From the NCBI GenBank assembly GCA_964016885.1, contig OZ024763.1, forward strand, positions 23,002,001-23,066,000: a stretch of DNA of 64,000 nucleotides. Reading direction: 5' to 3'. The notes beneath the pieces were generated by a model. The model was not told the origin of the DNA and did not search any database. It saw nothing but the letters and a program-made list of their open reading frames with translations. Position numbers and translations under genes: made by a program. Source of the stretch: Eledone cirrhosa (Eukaryota). This document shows, piece after piece, positions 25,311-37,543 of the stretch (position 1 is its first letter; each line of letters starts with the position of its first letter).

Positions 25311-25601
25311 GGCGTTCCTAAAGGAAGTTTGTAAGCATGTATGTAGTTTTATCGAATTTGAAGGGGAGTAGAGAGAGGTAAGCAGATTCTATTAAAGGGG
25401 TAAAGCATCATGTATTTAGTTTTATGGATTATTTCTGTAATTGTGGGTGAGTTTGAGTGAAATAAATAGTCGTTGACCTAAGTTAGACCATTTACAACAT
25501 TCTTACAGACTTTGAGTCGAATCGGTTTGAAATTGTGTAAACATGGAACATGTGCACACACACACACGCAACAACAACAATCTGCCTTTTATAGATAATG
25601 A
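25008..25601. repeat. About 110-bp inverted repeats resembling two facing Helitron 5' ends or MITE TIRs
   Basis: atcattatctataaaaggcagattgttgttg...cgactcaaagtctgt and its reverse complement at 25505-25601. Confidence 0.75.
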
Positions 25602-25676
25602 TATGATACACACACACACACACAACGAGGCATCTCATCTAACCCATGGTAGCGTGGAAAAATGGACATTAAACTG

Positions 25677-28600
25677 ATAATAATAATAATGAAATTATTG
25701 TGTACAGTGCTCTGGTGCACTACAACTTGCTCGTCAAAGGTGCATGTATAGTACATAGAATAATGTACAAATGTCAGGAAAGTGAATAGTGTATGAGTCA
25801 TGATATACACACAGATACATGCATGCGTGTATGAGTCATGATATACGTGTGTGTGTGTGTATGGAGGGGGAATATTAGGTGTAGTGTTGGCGAATCTCAG
25901 GAAACATGGAGGTTTGTTCCATGGAGGTTTTAAAGGATGCAGTGTCTCGACAGCTAACAACTGATGCAGGTAGTTTGTTCCATGGAGGTTTTAAAAGATG
26001 CAATGTCTCAACATCTAATAACTGATGTAGGTAGTTTGTTCCATGGAGGTTTTAAAGGATGCAGTGTCTCGACAGCTAACAACTGATGTAGGTAGTTTGT
26101 TTCATGGAGGTTTTAAAGGATGCAGTGTCTCGACAGCTAACAACTGATGCAGGTAGTTTGTTCCATGGAGGTTTTAAAAGATGCAATGTCTCGACATCTA
26201 ATAACTGATGTAGGTAGTTTGTTCCATGGAGGTTTTAAAGGATGCAGTGTCTCGACAGCTAACAACTGATGCAGGTAGCTTGTTTCATGGAGGTTTTAAA
26301 GGATGCAGTGTCTCGACAGCTAACAACTGATGCAGGTAGTTTGTTCCATGGAGGTTTTAAAGGATGCAGTGTCTCGACAGCTAACAACTGATGCAGGTAG
26401 TTTGTTCCATGGAGGTTTTAAAGGATGCAGTGTCTCGACAGCTAACAACTGATGCAGGTAGTTTGTTTCATGGAGGTTTTAAAGGATGCAGTGTCTCGAC
26501 AGCTAACAACTGATGCAGGTAGTTTGTTCCATGGAGGTTTTAAAGGATGCAGTGTCTCGACAGCTAACAACTGATGCAGGTAGTTTGTTTCATGGAGGTT
26601 TTAAAGGATGCAGTGTCTCGACAGCTAACAACTGATGCAGGTAGTTTGTTCCATGGAGGTTTTAAAGGATGCAGTGTCTCGACAGCTAACAACTGATGCA
26701 GGTAGTTTGTTTCATGGAGGTTTTAAAGAATGCAGTGTCTCGACAGCTAACAACTGATGCAGGTAGTTTGTTCTATGGAGGTTTTAAAGGATGCAGTGTC
26801 TCGACAGCTAACAACTGATGCAGGTAGTTTGTTCCATGGAGGTTTTAAAGGATGCAGTGTCTCGACAGCTAACAACTGATGCAGAGAGTTTGTTTCATGG
26901 AGGTTTTAAAGGATGCAGTGTCTCGACAGCTAACAACTGATGCAGGTAGTTTGTTCCATGGAGGTTTTAAAGGATGCAGTGTCTCGACAGCTAACAACTG
27001 ATGCAGGTAGTTTGTTTCATGGAGGTTTTAAAGAATGCAGTGTCTCGACAGCTAACAACTGATGCAGGTAGTTTGTTCCATGGAGGTTTTAAAGGATGCA
27101 GTGTCTCGACAGCTAACAACTGATGCAGGTAGTTTGTTCCATGGAGGTTTTAAAGGATGCAGTGTCTCGACAGCTAACAACTGATGCAGGTAGTTTGTTC
27201 CATGGAGGTTTTAAAGGATGCAGTGTCTCGACAGCTAACAACTGATGCAGGTAGTTTGTTCCATGGAGGTTTTAAAGGATGCAGTGTCTCGTCAGCTAAC
27301 AACTGATGCAGAGAGTTTGTTCCATGGAGGTTTTAAAGGATACAGTGTCTTGACAGCTAACAACTGATGTAGGTAGTTTGTTCCATGGAGGTTTTAAAGG
27401 ATGCAGTGTCTCGACAGCTAACAACTGATGCAGGTAGTTTGTTTCATGGAGGTTTTAAAGGATGCAGTGTCTCGACAGCTAACAACTGATGCAGGTAGTT
27501 TGTTTCATGGAGGTTTTAAAGGATGCAGTGTCTCGACAGCTAACAACTGATGCAGGTAGTTTGTTCCATGGAGGTTTTAAAGGATGCAGTGTCTCGACAG
27601 CTAACAACTGATGCAGGTAGTTTGTTTCATGGAGGTTTTAAAGAATGCAGTGTCTCGACAGCTAACAACTGATGCAGGTAGTTTGTTCCATGGAGGTTTT
27701 AAAGGATGCAGTGTCTCGACAGCTAACAACTGATGCAGGTAGTTTGTTCCATGGAGGTTTTAAAGGATGCAGTGTCTTGACAGCTAACAACTGATGCAGG
27801 TAGTTTGTTTCATGGAGGTTTTAAAGAATGCAGTGTCTCGACAGCTAACAACTGATGCAGGTAGTTTGTTCCATGGAGGTTTTAAAGGATGCAGTGTCTC
27901 AACAGCTAACAACTGATGTAGGTAGTTTGTTTCATGGAGGTTTTAAAGGATGCAGTGTATCGACAGCTAACAACTGATGCAGGTAGTTTGTTTCATGGAG
28001 GTTTTAAAGAATGCAGTGTCTCGACAGCAAACAACTGATGCAGGTAGTTTGTTCCATGGAGGTTTTAAAGGATGTAGTGTCTCGACAGCTAACAACTGAT
28101 GCAGGGAGTTTGTTCCATGGAGGTTTTAAAGGATGCAGTGTCTCGACAGCTAACAACTGATGCAGGTAGTTTGTTCCATGGAGGTTTTAAAGGATGCAGT
28201 GTCTCGACAGCTAACAACTGATGTAGGTAGTTTGTTTCATGGAGGTTTTAAAGGATGCAGTGTCTCGACAGCTAACAACTGATGCAGGTAGTTTGTTCCA
28301 TGGAGGTTTTAAAGGATGCAGTGTCTCGACAGCTAACAACTGATGCAGGTAGTTTGTTTCATGGAGGTTTTAAAGAATGCAGTGTCTCGACAGCTAACAA
28401 CTGATGCAGGTAGTTTGTTCCATGGAGGTTTTAAAGGATGCAGTGTCTCGACAGCTAACAACTGATGCAGGTAGTTTGTTTCATGGAGGTTTTAAAGAAT
28501 GCAGTGTCTCGACAGCTAACAACTGATGCAGGTAGTTTGTTCCATGGAGGTTTTAAAGGATGCAGTGTCTTGACAGCTAACAACTGATGCAGGTAGTTTG

Positions 28601-29445
28601 TTCGATGGAGTTTTTAAAGGATGCAGTGTCTCAACAGCTAACAACTGATGTAGGTAGTTTGTTTCATGGAGGTTTTAAAGGATGCAGTGTATCGACAGCT
28701 AACAACTGATGCAGGTAGTTTGTTTCATGGAGGTTTTAAAGAATGCAGTGTCTCGACAGCAAACAACTGATGCAGGTAGTTTGTTCCATGGATGTTTTAA
28801 AGGATGCAGTGTCTCGACAGCTAACAACTGATGTAGGTAGTTTGTTTCATGGAGGTTTTAAAGGATGCAGTGTCTCGACAGCTAACAACTGATGCAGGTA
28901 GTTTGTTCCATGGAGGTTTTAAAGGATGCAGTGTCTCGACAGCTAACAACTGATGCAGAGAGTTTGTTCCATGGAGGTTTTAAAGGATGCAGTGTCTCGA
29001 CAGCTAACAACTGATGTAGGTAGTTTGTTTCATGGAGGTTTTAAAGGATGCAGTGTCTCGACAGCTAACAACTGATGCAGGTAGTTTGTTTCATGGAGGT
29101 TTTAAAGAATGCAGTGTCTCGACAGCTAACAACTGATGCAGGTAGTTTGTTCCATGGAGGTTTTAAAGGATGCAGTGTCTCGACAGCTAACAACTGATGC
29201 AGGTAGTTTGTTTCATGGAGGTTTTAAAGAATGCAGTGTCTCGACAGCTAACAACTGATGCAGGTAGTTTGTTCCATGGAGGTTTTAAAGGATGCAGTGT
29301 CTCGACAGCTAACAACTGATGTAGGTAGTTTGTTCGATGGAGTTTTTAAAGGATGCAGTGTCTCGACAGCTAATAACTGATGCAGGTAGTTTGTTCCATG
29401 CTTCAGCAACTCTGAGCGTGAAAAAATGTGAGCTGTACTGTTTTA
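25677..29445 (-). mobile_element. CR1-group LINE 3' fragment whose ORF2 end is expanded into a satellite
   Basis: Tail and 3' UTR 25677-25904, array 25905-29400, upstream ORF2 sequence 29401-29445, all collinear with 57630-57925. Confidence 0.93.
25905..29400 (-). repeat. Second 61-bp satellite array (about 57 units)
   Basis: Same unit as 1-6560; private variants tttcatgg and aaagaatg; no 56-bp variant seen. Confidence 0.97.
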
Positions 29446-29772
29446 AGTAAGGCAATTAAGACAGGTAAAGTAGCTGGTCCATCAGGGTTAGTTGCTGAGA
29501 TGCTCAAAGTATCTGGCATGGTGGGTCACATTTTCACTTGTTCCCTCTGATCGATCGACAGGATCCCCAGACCTCATTCGCTTGTCGAGTGGGGTGGACC
29601 TCGTCAAATCGGTCCAAGGAAACAATGTTTCCATTGGTCTTTCAATTGCTGATACTATCTACACTTTAATCACTGGTATTGTAAACCAAATAATACAAAA
29701 TGATGTCATACCTAATGATTGGCGTAGCAGATCATCGTCAACTGTTACAAAGGCAAAGAGATGCTCTAGACA
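29445..29772 (+). mobile_element. Decayed RTE RT fragment interrupted by a ~130-bp hairpin insert (29530-29662)
   Basis: Homologous to KAIK..TGKAAGPS..VAEMLK..GH / IVNQ...DW..SIIVNCYKGKGDALD at 54915-55115. Confidence 0.75.
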
Positions 29773-29774
29773 CC

Positions 29775-30330
29775 TTACAGAGTGGACTGGGTGCTTTTTG
29801 TTATAGTATCAGCACTACCACCTTACAGGGTGTACTGGGTGTATTATATCATGACACCAACACTACCACTTTACAGAGTGTACTGGGTGTATTATATCAT
29901 GATACCAACACTACCACTTTACAGATTGTACTGGGTGTATTATATCATGATACCAATACTACCACTTTACAGATTGTACTGGGTGTATTATATCATGATA
30001 CCAACACTACCACTTTACAGATTGTACTGGGTGTATTATATCATGATACCAATACTACCACTTTACAGATTGTACTGGGTGTATTATATCATGATACCAA
30101 TACTACCACTTTACAGATTGTACTGGGTGTATTATATCATGATACCAACACTACCACTTTACAGATTGTACTGGGTGTATTATATCATGATACCAATACT
30201 ACCACTTTACAGGGTAGATTGGATGCTTTTGAAAATGGTTCAAGGACTATGATCTGACAGGGAGTACTGGGTGCTTTTTATCATGACACCAGCACTAACA
30301 ACTTATGGGGTGTATTGGGTGCATTTAATT
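29775..30330. repeat. 48-bp minisatellite derived from the RTE 3' UTR internal repeat
   Basis: Unit gtactgggtgtattatatcatgataccaacactaccactttacagatt; resembles ccactttacagtgtgggctgggtgcttttt at 41553-41582. Confidence 0.88.
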
Positions 30331-30707
30331 GTGGCAGGAGTGTACATAAAGAAAGGAATAAAATGAGATGATAAACAAAAACGCAAAGAAGAAAAACTGT
30401 TTGCCGTAAGTTAATACAATAGTCCAATGTCACATAAGAAAATAACTGAAGCTAAACCCTACTTAAACAATACCAACAACAACAATATGATGAAAAGAAA
30501 CCTTATATAACAAAGGAATTATAGTTTTCAAGTGCTGCCCTTGAAAAACTATATAAACTTAAAGTACTTTACTCGTTGAATTTTGACATTCTCCCACAAA
30601 ATATATGTTTATGATATATAATTTCATAAAATGTCTACTTAATTTATATTATATATTTTTTTTCATCTCACAAAAGAAACACACACACACGTATATATAT
30701 ATATTTA

Positions 30708-30768
30708 TTTAATATAGAAATGGCTTCTACAGGACTAGTACTGTTACCCCCGATTGAACCCGGGATAA
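30708..30768. mobile_element. Minimal pLTR fold-back (family B)
   Basis: Minus-strand hammerhead 3' half fused to plus-strand tail end accccgattgaacccgggata. Confidence 0.7.
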
Positions 30769-30935
30769 ACTTATATATATATAAGCAAATGAATGAATGA
30801 ATATATATATATATATAAATGTAATCTGAGTTTTTCGAATATTAATAATTGTTTCTACTTTAGGCACAAGGCCAGCAATTATCCAGTGCATTACTGGTAT
30901 AATAATATTCGATTCGTTTGCAACACACAGACATT

Positions 30936-31157
<222 letters not shown>

Positions 31158-31173
31158 TACATATATATATATA

Positions 31174-31218
<45 letters not shown>

Positions 31219-31293
31219 ATCCCGGGTTCAATCGGGGTAACCACAGTAAGGTACTCAATACATAGCAGAGTTTAAATATTTAATATAGAAATG

Positions 31294-31343
31294 GCTTCTA
31301 CAGGACTAGAACTGTTTCATTCGAAGGAAATCATCAGGAAAGC
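31294..31343 (-). ncRNA. Type I hammerhead (family B) in pLTR fragment 31219-31430
   Basis: Reverse complement: gctttc-CTGATGA-tttccttcgaat-GAAA-cag ttctagtc ctg-TA-gaagc; weak stem II. Confidence 0.6.
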
Positions 31344-31444
31344 TGACAGTCAATGTGATATGACGGTATTTATACATTTTTTGGTGGTTAGGGAAGGTGG
31401 TGATTGGGATGGGTGGAGGTCATTCGTTGATGGATTTAACCCTT

Positions 31445-31873
31445 TAGTATTTACATTACTCTATTGTATTTTCACAGTAAAGGCTTTACCTCACATAATA
31501 TCTCATATCTCACATAATATCTCACATAACATTTACATTACTCTATATATACTATTGTATTTTCACAGTAAAGGCTTTACCTCACATAACATTTACATTA
31601 CTCTATATATACTATTGTATTTTCACAGTAAAGGCTTTACCTAACATAATATCTCACATAACATTTACATTACTCTATATATACTATTGTATTTTCACAG
31701 TAAAGACTTTACCTCATATAATCTCACATAGCATTTACATTACTCTATATATACTATTATATTTTCACAGTAAAGACTTTACCTCACATAATATTTCACA
31801 TAACATTTACATTACTCTATACTATTGTATTTTCACAGTAAAGGCTTTACCTCACATAATATCTCACATAACA
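31445..31873. repeat. 72-bp tandem repeat from the MITE subterminus; resumes at 37497-37543 and 40841-41066
   Basis: Unit ttttcacagtaaaggctttacctcacataatatctcacataacatttacattactctatatatactattgta. Confidence 0.92.
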
Positions 31874-32084
31874 TCTCGTATACGAGAGACGTGTGTTGAC
31901 GTGTGTGAACAAGCTCGGCTACCGAGTTGGATTTACTTACTCAAGAGTGAGTTTTGATTAATTTTTTTATACTGTAATATACGTTAACCCCTTGCCTGGG
32001 TCGTCAAACTTTGAGTTTATTTATCTTCGCCCCTTTTTGGGTCGAATTTTCCTTTTAAAAATTTATTACGGCAAACTGATAGAA

Positions 32085-33833
32085 ATGGATGGAATTTTCA
32101 CATATCATCCTAACGAGAAAGCCACACCCCCTAAGAAAGGTGATACAGAGAAGCTAGAAGCACAAGGCTCTAAGTCTTCCCTCCTCACTTCTGCAAAAGA
32201 AACATGGAACACGGAATTAAAAGAAAAATTTGTAAAAATGGGTGAAAACCCAGAAAGTCACATAAACGCAGACAAAAACAACAACGACAATAACAGCACG
32301 ATCAACAACAGCAATAGTCACAACACCAACCAGGGAAAAAATAACGATAACACCAAACAAAGCGAACCCACTACTGGTGCTTCCTTTGCACAGGTGGTCC
32401 GAAAAACACAGACCTGCAAGCAACTGGACATTACAACTCTGAGAGAAAAGATGAAGGAAGCAAAACAGTATGTAACTTTCAAAGAAGGAGGAGACTTCAC
32501 AATCACCTCCCCACAAGAAATCAAAAGAGACACGACACTAAGAACGATATCTTTCAGAACAATTTCCAACATAACAAGGAAACCAGCTCAATTATCCCAA
32601 AAAGAAATTGAGCTCGTCCTAAAAAATGTGTGGAGTGATATATCGTTCATACAAAAAGGGCCACTCTATGGGAATATAACGGTGCTAATGAAGGATCAAT
32701 TGACGGCCAGGAAATACTCTGTGTCGCCAATTGTTTCCAAGCTACACACATTTTTCCCCACATATTTGGGGAAAAGAACTCAAAAAATAAGAGTCTCCGG
32801 AATCCGGCCAAATGCATGCATTTCCTGGGTACTAACAGGATTTTTAGAAGACGAGGACGGAATCCTCTCAGTAGGAGAAGTCACCACAGACGTTTTCGGC
32901 GGTTTAAGCGTGGAGGTTCTGGTCCAAATGAGACCAGAACGAATAGCTAGAATACCACAAAGGGTGTCCCTCGATGGAGAAACATTTATATACATTTCAG
33001 CCAAGGGTAGGAGGCCCATATGTTACTACTGTTCAAGCAGGGGTCATCTAAGGGCTGCCTGTCCTCAATTGACAAAAAAAAAAGGCTCTTTTGCCTACAC
33101 CCCACACACCACCACTGCCACCACCACCACCACTACCACCACCACCACCACCACCACCACCACAACAAAAACAACAACAACAACAACAAAAACAACACAA
33201 GATACGGTCCCACCCAAAACAACTCCCAAAACACACACAAACACAACAAAACCCCAAAATACACAACTACCCGACAGCACGGACGAGGACCCAGCTGAAA
33301 CGGCACCTAGTGATGAAGAGGGGGAACCCTTCCAACCTGTAAAAAGAAAAAAAAGAAAACACCACACGAACATAAACAAAACAAACACACAACCACCAAC
33401 AAAAACAAAACAAACAGAACAAACAAAATCCACCCCACCCCAAAACATAACACATACAACAAAACGCAAGCACACACAAGAACAACAAACAAACACAACA
33501 CAAATAAAACAGTATACATACATTAACACAAATAACAAAGAACTAGTAAAAACGATACACAAAGACCCTTCGGTGGAAACTGAAGGGCAATTCTTTGCAA
33601 GCGCGGCCAACAAACCGCATTTAAAAATGATAAGACTCCCAATGGACACCTATGCAAAACTAAGAGAGAACTTTCCTGAGGACGTGGGGAAAACATGTAC
33701 TCGACCCTGTAACCGCGTCCTCTTGAAACGTTTCCCCACCCACACCTCACCAAACACCCCCACCCCACCAAACAACCCCTCCAATATGCCCATGGATATT
33801 GTGCAACCTGCTCCTCAGGAGCCGAACAGGTAG
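32085..33833 (+). CDS. Tx1 ORF1 (gag-like; zinc knuckle, poly-Thr, basic NLS-like patch)
   Basis: First in-frame ATG at 32085; CYYCSSRGHLRAAC knuckle; KRKKRK; uninterrupted. Confidence 0.88.
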   Translation: MDGIFTYHPNEKATPPKKGDTEKLEAQGSKSSLLTSAKETWNTELKEKFVKMGENPESHINADKNNNDNNSTINNSNSHNTNQGKNNDNTKQSEPTTGASFAQVVRKTQTCKQLDITTLREKMKEAKQYVTFKEGGDFTITSPQEIKRDTTLRTISFRTISNITRKPAQLSQKEIELVLKNVWSDISFIQKGPLYGNITVLMKDQLTARKYSVSPIVSKLHTFFPTYLGKRTQKIRVSGIRPNACISWVLTGFLEDEDGILSVGEVTTDVFGGLSVEVLVQMRPERIARIPQRVSLDGETFIYISAKGRRPICYYCSSRGHLRAACPQLTKKKGSFAYTPHTTTATTTTTTTTTTTTTTTTKTTTTTTKTTQDTVPPKTTPKTHTNTTKPQNTQLPDSTDEDPAETAPSDEEGEPFQPVKRKKRKHHTNINKTNTQPPTKTKQTEQTKSTPPQNITHTTKRKHTQEQQTNTTQIKQYTYINTNNKELVKTIHKDPSVETEGQFFASAANKPHLKMIRLPMDTYAKLRENFPEDVGKTCTRPCNRVLLKRFPTHTSPNTPTPPNNPSNMPMDIVQPAPQEPNR

Positions 33834-33854
33834 GTCCTTCCTCTTTTAACCAAC

Positions 33855-36800
33855 ATGGCTGATATAAGAGTTGGGTGTCTGAATGTACGCGGCCTGGGAC
33901 TATCTTGGAAACAAGGCAAACTTTTAAACGATCTCAAGTCACATAGAATGGATGTAATGGCTATTTGCGAGTCCAGGATCAGCAGCGAGTGCCAACTGGC
34001 GCCCCTCTTCGACGACTTTGAGATCTTCGCATCTCTCTGTCAACCGGGGGGTGGGGGTGGAGTTGTCGTTCTGCTGCGAAAACACCTGGACCCGGAGGGT
34101 CGACTGGTGGTTTTAGACGTCGGCAGTAGTGAAAGTGGAGCCCTTAGACTAATTGCTGTGTACGCCCCTTTTTGGGCAGCGCGGCCGGACTACTTCCAAC
34201 GTCTGGAAACTTTTTTAGGAACGTCCCGCTCCTTGCTTTTAGTGGGGGACTGGAATGGTATCCTGGATGCACGTTGGGACTATGTAGGGGCATGTGCCAA
34301 TAGAGGGGGGTGTAAAAGCCTTAAAAGGTTAATCGGCCGATTTGACCTGGCCAAGAGATATCGACTAGATTTTCCGACTGTACTACTATGGACGTGGACC
34401 AATCGCAGCGGAACATCTAGGTCGTACCTAGATAGGGTCCTAGTTAGAGAGAAGGATAGGGACACATTTAGCTGTCCAAAAATGTTCATGGTTGACTATT
34501 CGGATCACAAGTTAGTGACCTGCATAGCCAACCTTGATAGAACCCATAGACAGGGACCCGGTTACTGGAAGCTGAACTTGTCCTTACCGACAAGCAAAGC
34601 TTACAGTAAACGGATTAACACGTTAGTTAAGCAGTGTTTGACAGGGGCAATTGTCAACAACAGGTGGTGGAGTTCTCTTAAGAGAGCAATTAGAATAGAA
34701 TCGATAGGTTTTAGTCAGGAATTAGCAAGGGATAAGAACAAGACGGAAAGGGAATTAGTAGATAGAGTAGAAGAGGCGATTAGGAGTGGCAATGTAGCCA
34801 GCGTGCTGGCATCAAGAATGGCCTTAGACCAGTTCTTTGATGTGAAGCACGAGGGCTGCGTTGTCAGGAGTAAAATACGTGCTCTGGGTAATGAGGGAGC
34901 CAAAGCTGTTAGCTGGGCCCGAGTGACAGAGGCAAAAAGTGGGAACAAGTCCACGATTCGGTCTTTGAAGGACCAGGATGGGCGTGTGATCCTTGAACCT
35001 GGGCAGATGTGTGCGGCCTTTCAGCGGCACTTTGCACGACTGTTCGAGAGGGGCGGCGCGCTGGGTGAGACTATGGATTTCAATCCATACCTCGACGGTC
35101 TGCCGCGCCTCTCGGACGGGGAGGCGAAGTCCTGCGAAAGGCCGATTTCAGCTGCTGAGATAGGGGCGGCGCTGAGCCAATGCGGCAAACGCAAATCCCC
35201 GGGTCTCGATGGTCTACCATACGAGCTATATGTAGCAATGCCGGACTTGTTCTCCGATATCCTCGAAGCGGTCTACTGCAACTGGCAGCAGAACGGGAGA
35301 ATTCCCAGTTCTGTGACCAAGGGCGTAGTTACGCTGGTGAGGAAGGATGAGAACAAGGGGGATGACATAAGTAACTTCAGGCCCATAACTCTGCTAAATA
35401 CAGAGTTAAAGATTTTGGCCAAGGTGTTAGCGAAGAGGTTGGCGCTTGTCGTCGGAAACCTGGTGGGAGAAGCGCAGACATGTGCAATCCCATCCAGGTC
35501 CATTCACGACAATCTCCACCTTATGCGATACATCATAGAGAGGGTAGGGAATGAACCCGGCTTTGGTGGGGCCCTGATCAACTTGGATCAATCTAAAGCT
35601 TTCGATAGGGTTGACCATCGTTACCTGGATGCGGAGCTCGCGGCGGCAGGCTTCGGACCCGTTTTCAGGGGTTGGATTGCTGCGATGCACAGCAGCAACG
35701 TCTGCTCAAGGGTCAAGGTGAACGGCCACCTCTCGGAGCCGTTCCAAATCATGCGATCCATCCGACAGGGATGCCCTCTCTCCTCCCTTCTGTATGTGCT
35801 GGCTCTTGAGCCACTACTGCGGAAGTTGGAGCGGTTGCAGGGCATCCCTTTGGAACCGGGATTGCAGAAAGCGGCGTCGGCCTATGCCGATGACGTGACA
35901 GTAATGGTGTCGAAAACCTCGCAAATCGGTGAGATCGGCACCTTACTGGAGGAATATGAAAGGTTTACAGGAGCCAAGCTGAACCGGGACAAGTCCGTCG
36001 GTTTGCAACTCGGAACATGGAGGCAAACCGATGCCCTCCAACGACGTCGTCGGACGCTGGACGGAGGGCCCGGTGAAGCTGCTTGGGGTTTGGTTCGGAC
36101 CAGACCTCCAGGTGGAGAAAAACTGGAACGAGGTAACGGCCAGGGTGTTTGCACTCACCCAGAAGTGGGCCCAGTGCAACCTATCCCTGAAAGGTCGAGC
36201 GGAGGTGGCGAATACTTATATAGCATCCGTCATCTACTACCGCTTGACCGTCGTGCCTTGCCCAGTGAAAAGACTCGCCAAAATGGAGTGCGCGCTATTC
36301 CAATTTCTTTGGAACAAGCGGACCCCTTTGGTGAGGAGATCCATCTGCTGTCAACACCCTTCGAAAGGAGAGCTGGGGATACCGTGGCTACAGATGCGTA
36401 AACACGCATTAAGGCTACGGCACCTCCAGGTATTCCTCACCGGTCAACCGGTGTGGGCCCCGTTTGTGAGGCGAGCCTTTCCCAGACTCGTCTCGCTCAC
36501 CGAGCTGCAATCCTGGGTCAAGCAAAGACCGAGAAAAGTGGGCGACTGGCACATTGAATGTGCCCAGGCGCTCACGGCTCTCTGGAAAGTGGACCCGGCA
36601 ATCAGTGGAGACTCCACCTTGACATTCTATAGAGGGTTGGTACGCAGCAGGTGCGACGATGCTCTCGGAGAAGCTCTAGGCATGGAGGAAGATGAACTGG
36701 CCAGTCTGTTCGGTAGGACGTTTGGCCCTGGACCAATGGACAACTTCCAAAAGTCCCTGGCTTGGCAGTGCTACCGAGGGGCTCTACCCATTCGAGACAA

Positions 36801-37263
36801 GCTCCACAGGCATGGGAGCCTGGGTAGGGATCCTTTGAATAAGATCTGTCCGAGATGCGTGCATGACGACGAAACTGTTGGGCACGCATTCGTACACTGC
36901 CCAGGCATTGCTGACCTGTGGGGCTATGTGGAACGACTACTGTCGAGGGTGGGACCAATCCGGTTGACCACCGAGTCAATTGTCACGATCAAACCGCCTC
37001 CCCCTTTCAAAAACGAAGGAGAGGCGGTTTTTCTCTGTGTGATAGCCATGGCTAAAGAAGTTGTATGGTGGACGAGGCTGAAAGGGCTGAGGTCAGACAC
37101 CTCTCTCTCCGGCCAACAACTGGTCCCCTTTTTCAAATACCATTTTAAAAGAAGGATCAGAATGGAGAAAGAGGTGCTCTACCCCAGCAAGTTTTATGAA
37201 AGGTGGGTGAAAGTAGGGAGAATGGCCAGAGTGAATGGGTCTTCTCTCTATATCAGCCTGTAG
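33855..37263 (+). pseudogene. Tx1 ORF2 (APE endonuclease, RT, CCHC) with one frameshift near 36020
   Basis: LNVRGL, GDWN, YLDR, SDH, KSPGLDG, RPITLLN, DQSKAFDRV, QGCPLS, YADD. Reads tggaggcaaa versus tggagaggcaaa in the paralog at 11927 (2-bp loss). Confidence 0.92.
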
Positions 37264-37543
37264 GTGAAAGAAGAAGAAAAAGAGGAGACGAGGGAAGCAC
37301 TTACTCTTTGTGCTCCTGAGAAGGGTTGCACATTTTTTCCGGGGTGTGTGCGACCCATGTTAATGCCCCCTCCATATTGAGGACTTCGTTTGTTGTTGTT
37401 ATTTCATTGTTATATTTTTGTACTCGTTAATTATATGTAAACTTCCCCCCTTGTATCTGTCCCTACCTTTTGTGCCCTGGTGGCAAATAAAGAAATCACT
37501 CTATATATACTATTATATTTTCACAGTAAAGGCTTTACCTCAC

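Larger units (their letters stand above)
31874..37496 (+). mobile_element. Full-length Tx1/L1-group non-LTR retrotransposon
   Basis: 5' UTR, ORF1, 21-bp spacer, ORF2 (APE-RT-CCHC), 3' UTR ending gcaaataaagaaatc. Confidence 0.95.

Noticed and set aside
1-29400. 61-bp arrays as CRISPR arrays or repeat-protein genes
   Set aside because: No unique spacers and no cas genes; eukaryotic context; the unit is not a multiple of 3, and the peptides are recycled CR1 ORF2 sequence.
33020-33771. His-, Pro/Gln- and Val/Cys-rich ORFs
   Set aside because: Alternative frames and antisense of the (ACC)/(ACA) tract in Tx1 ORF1.
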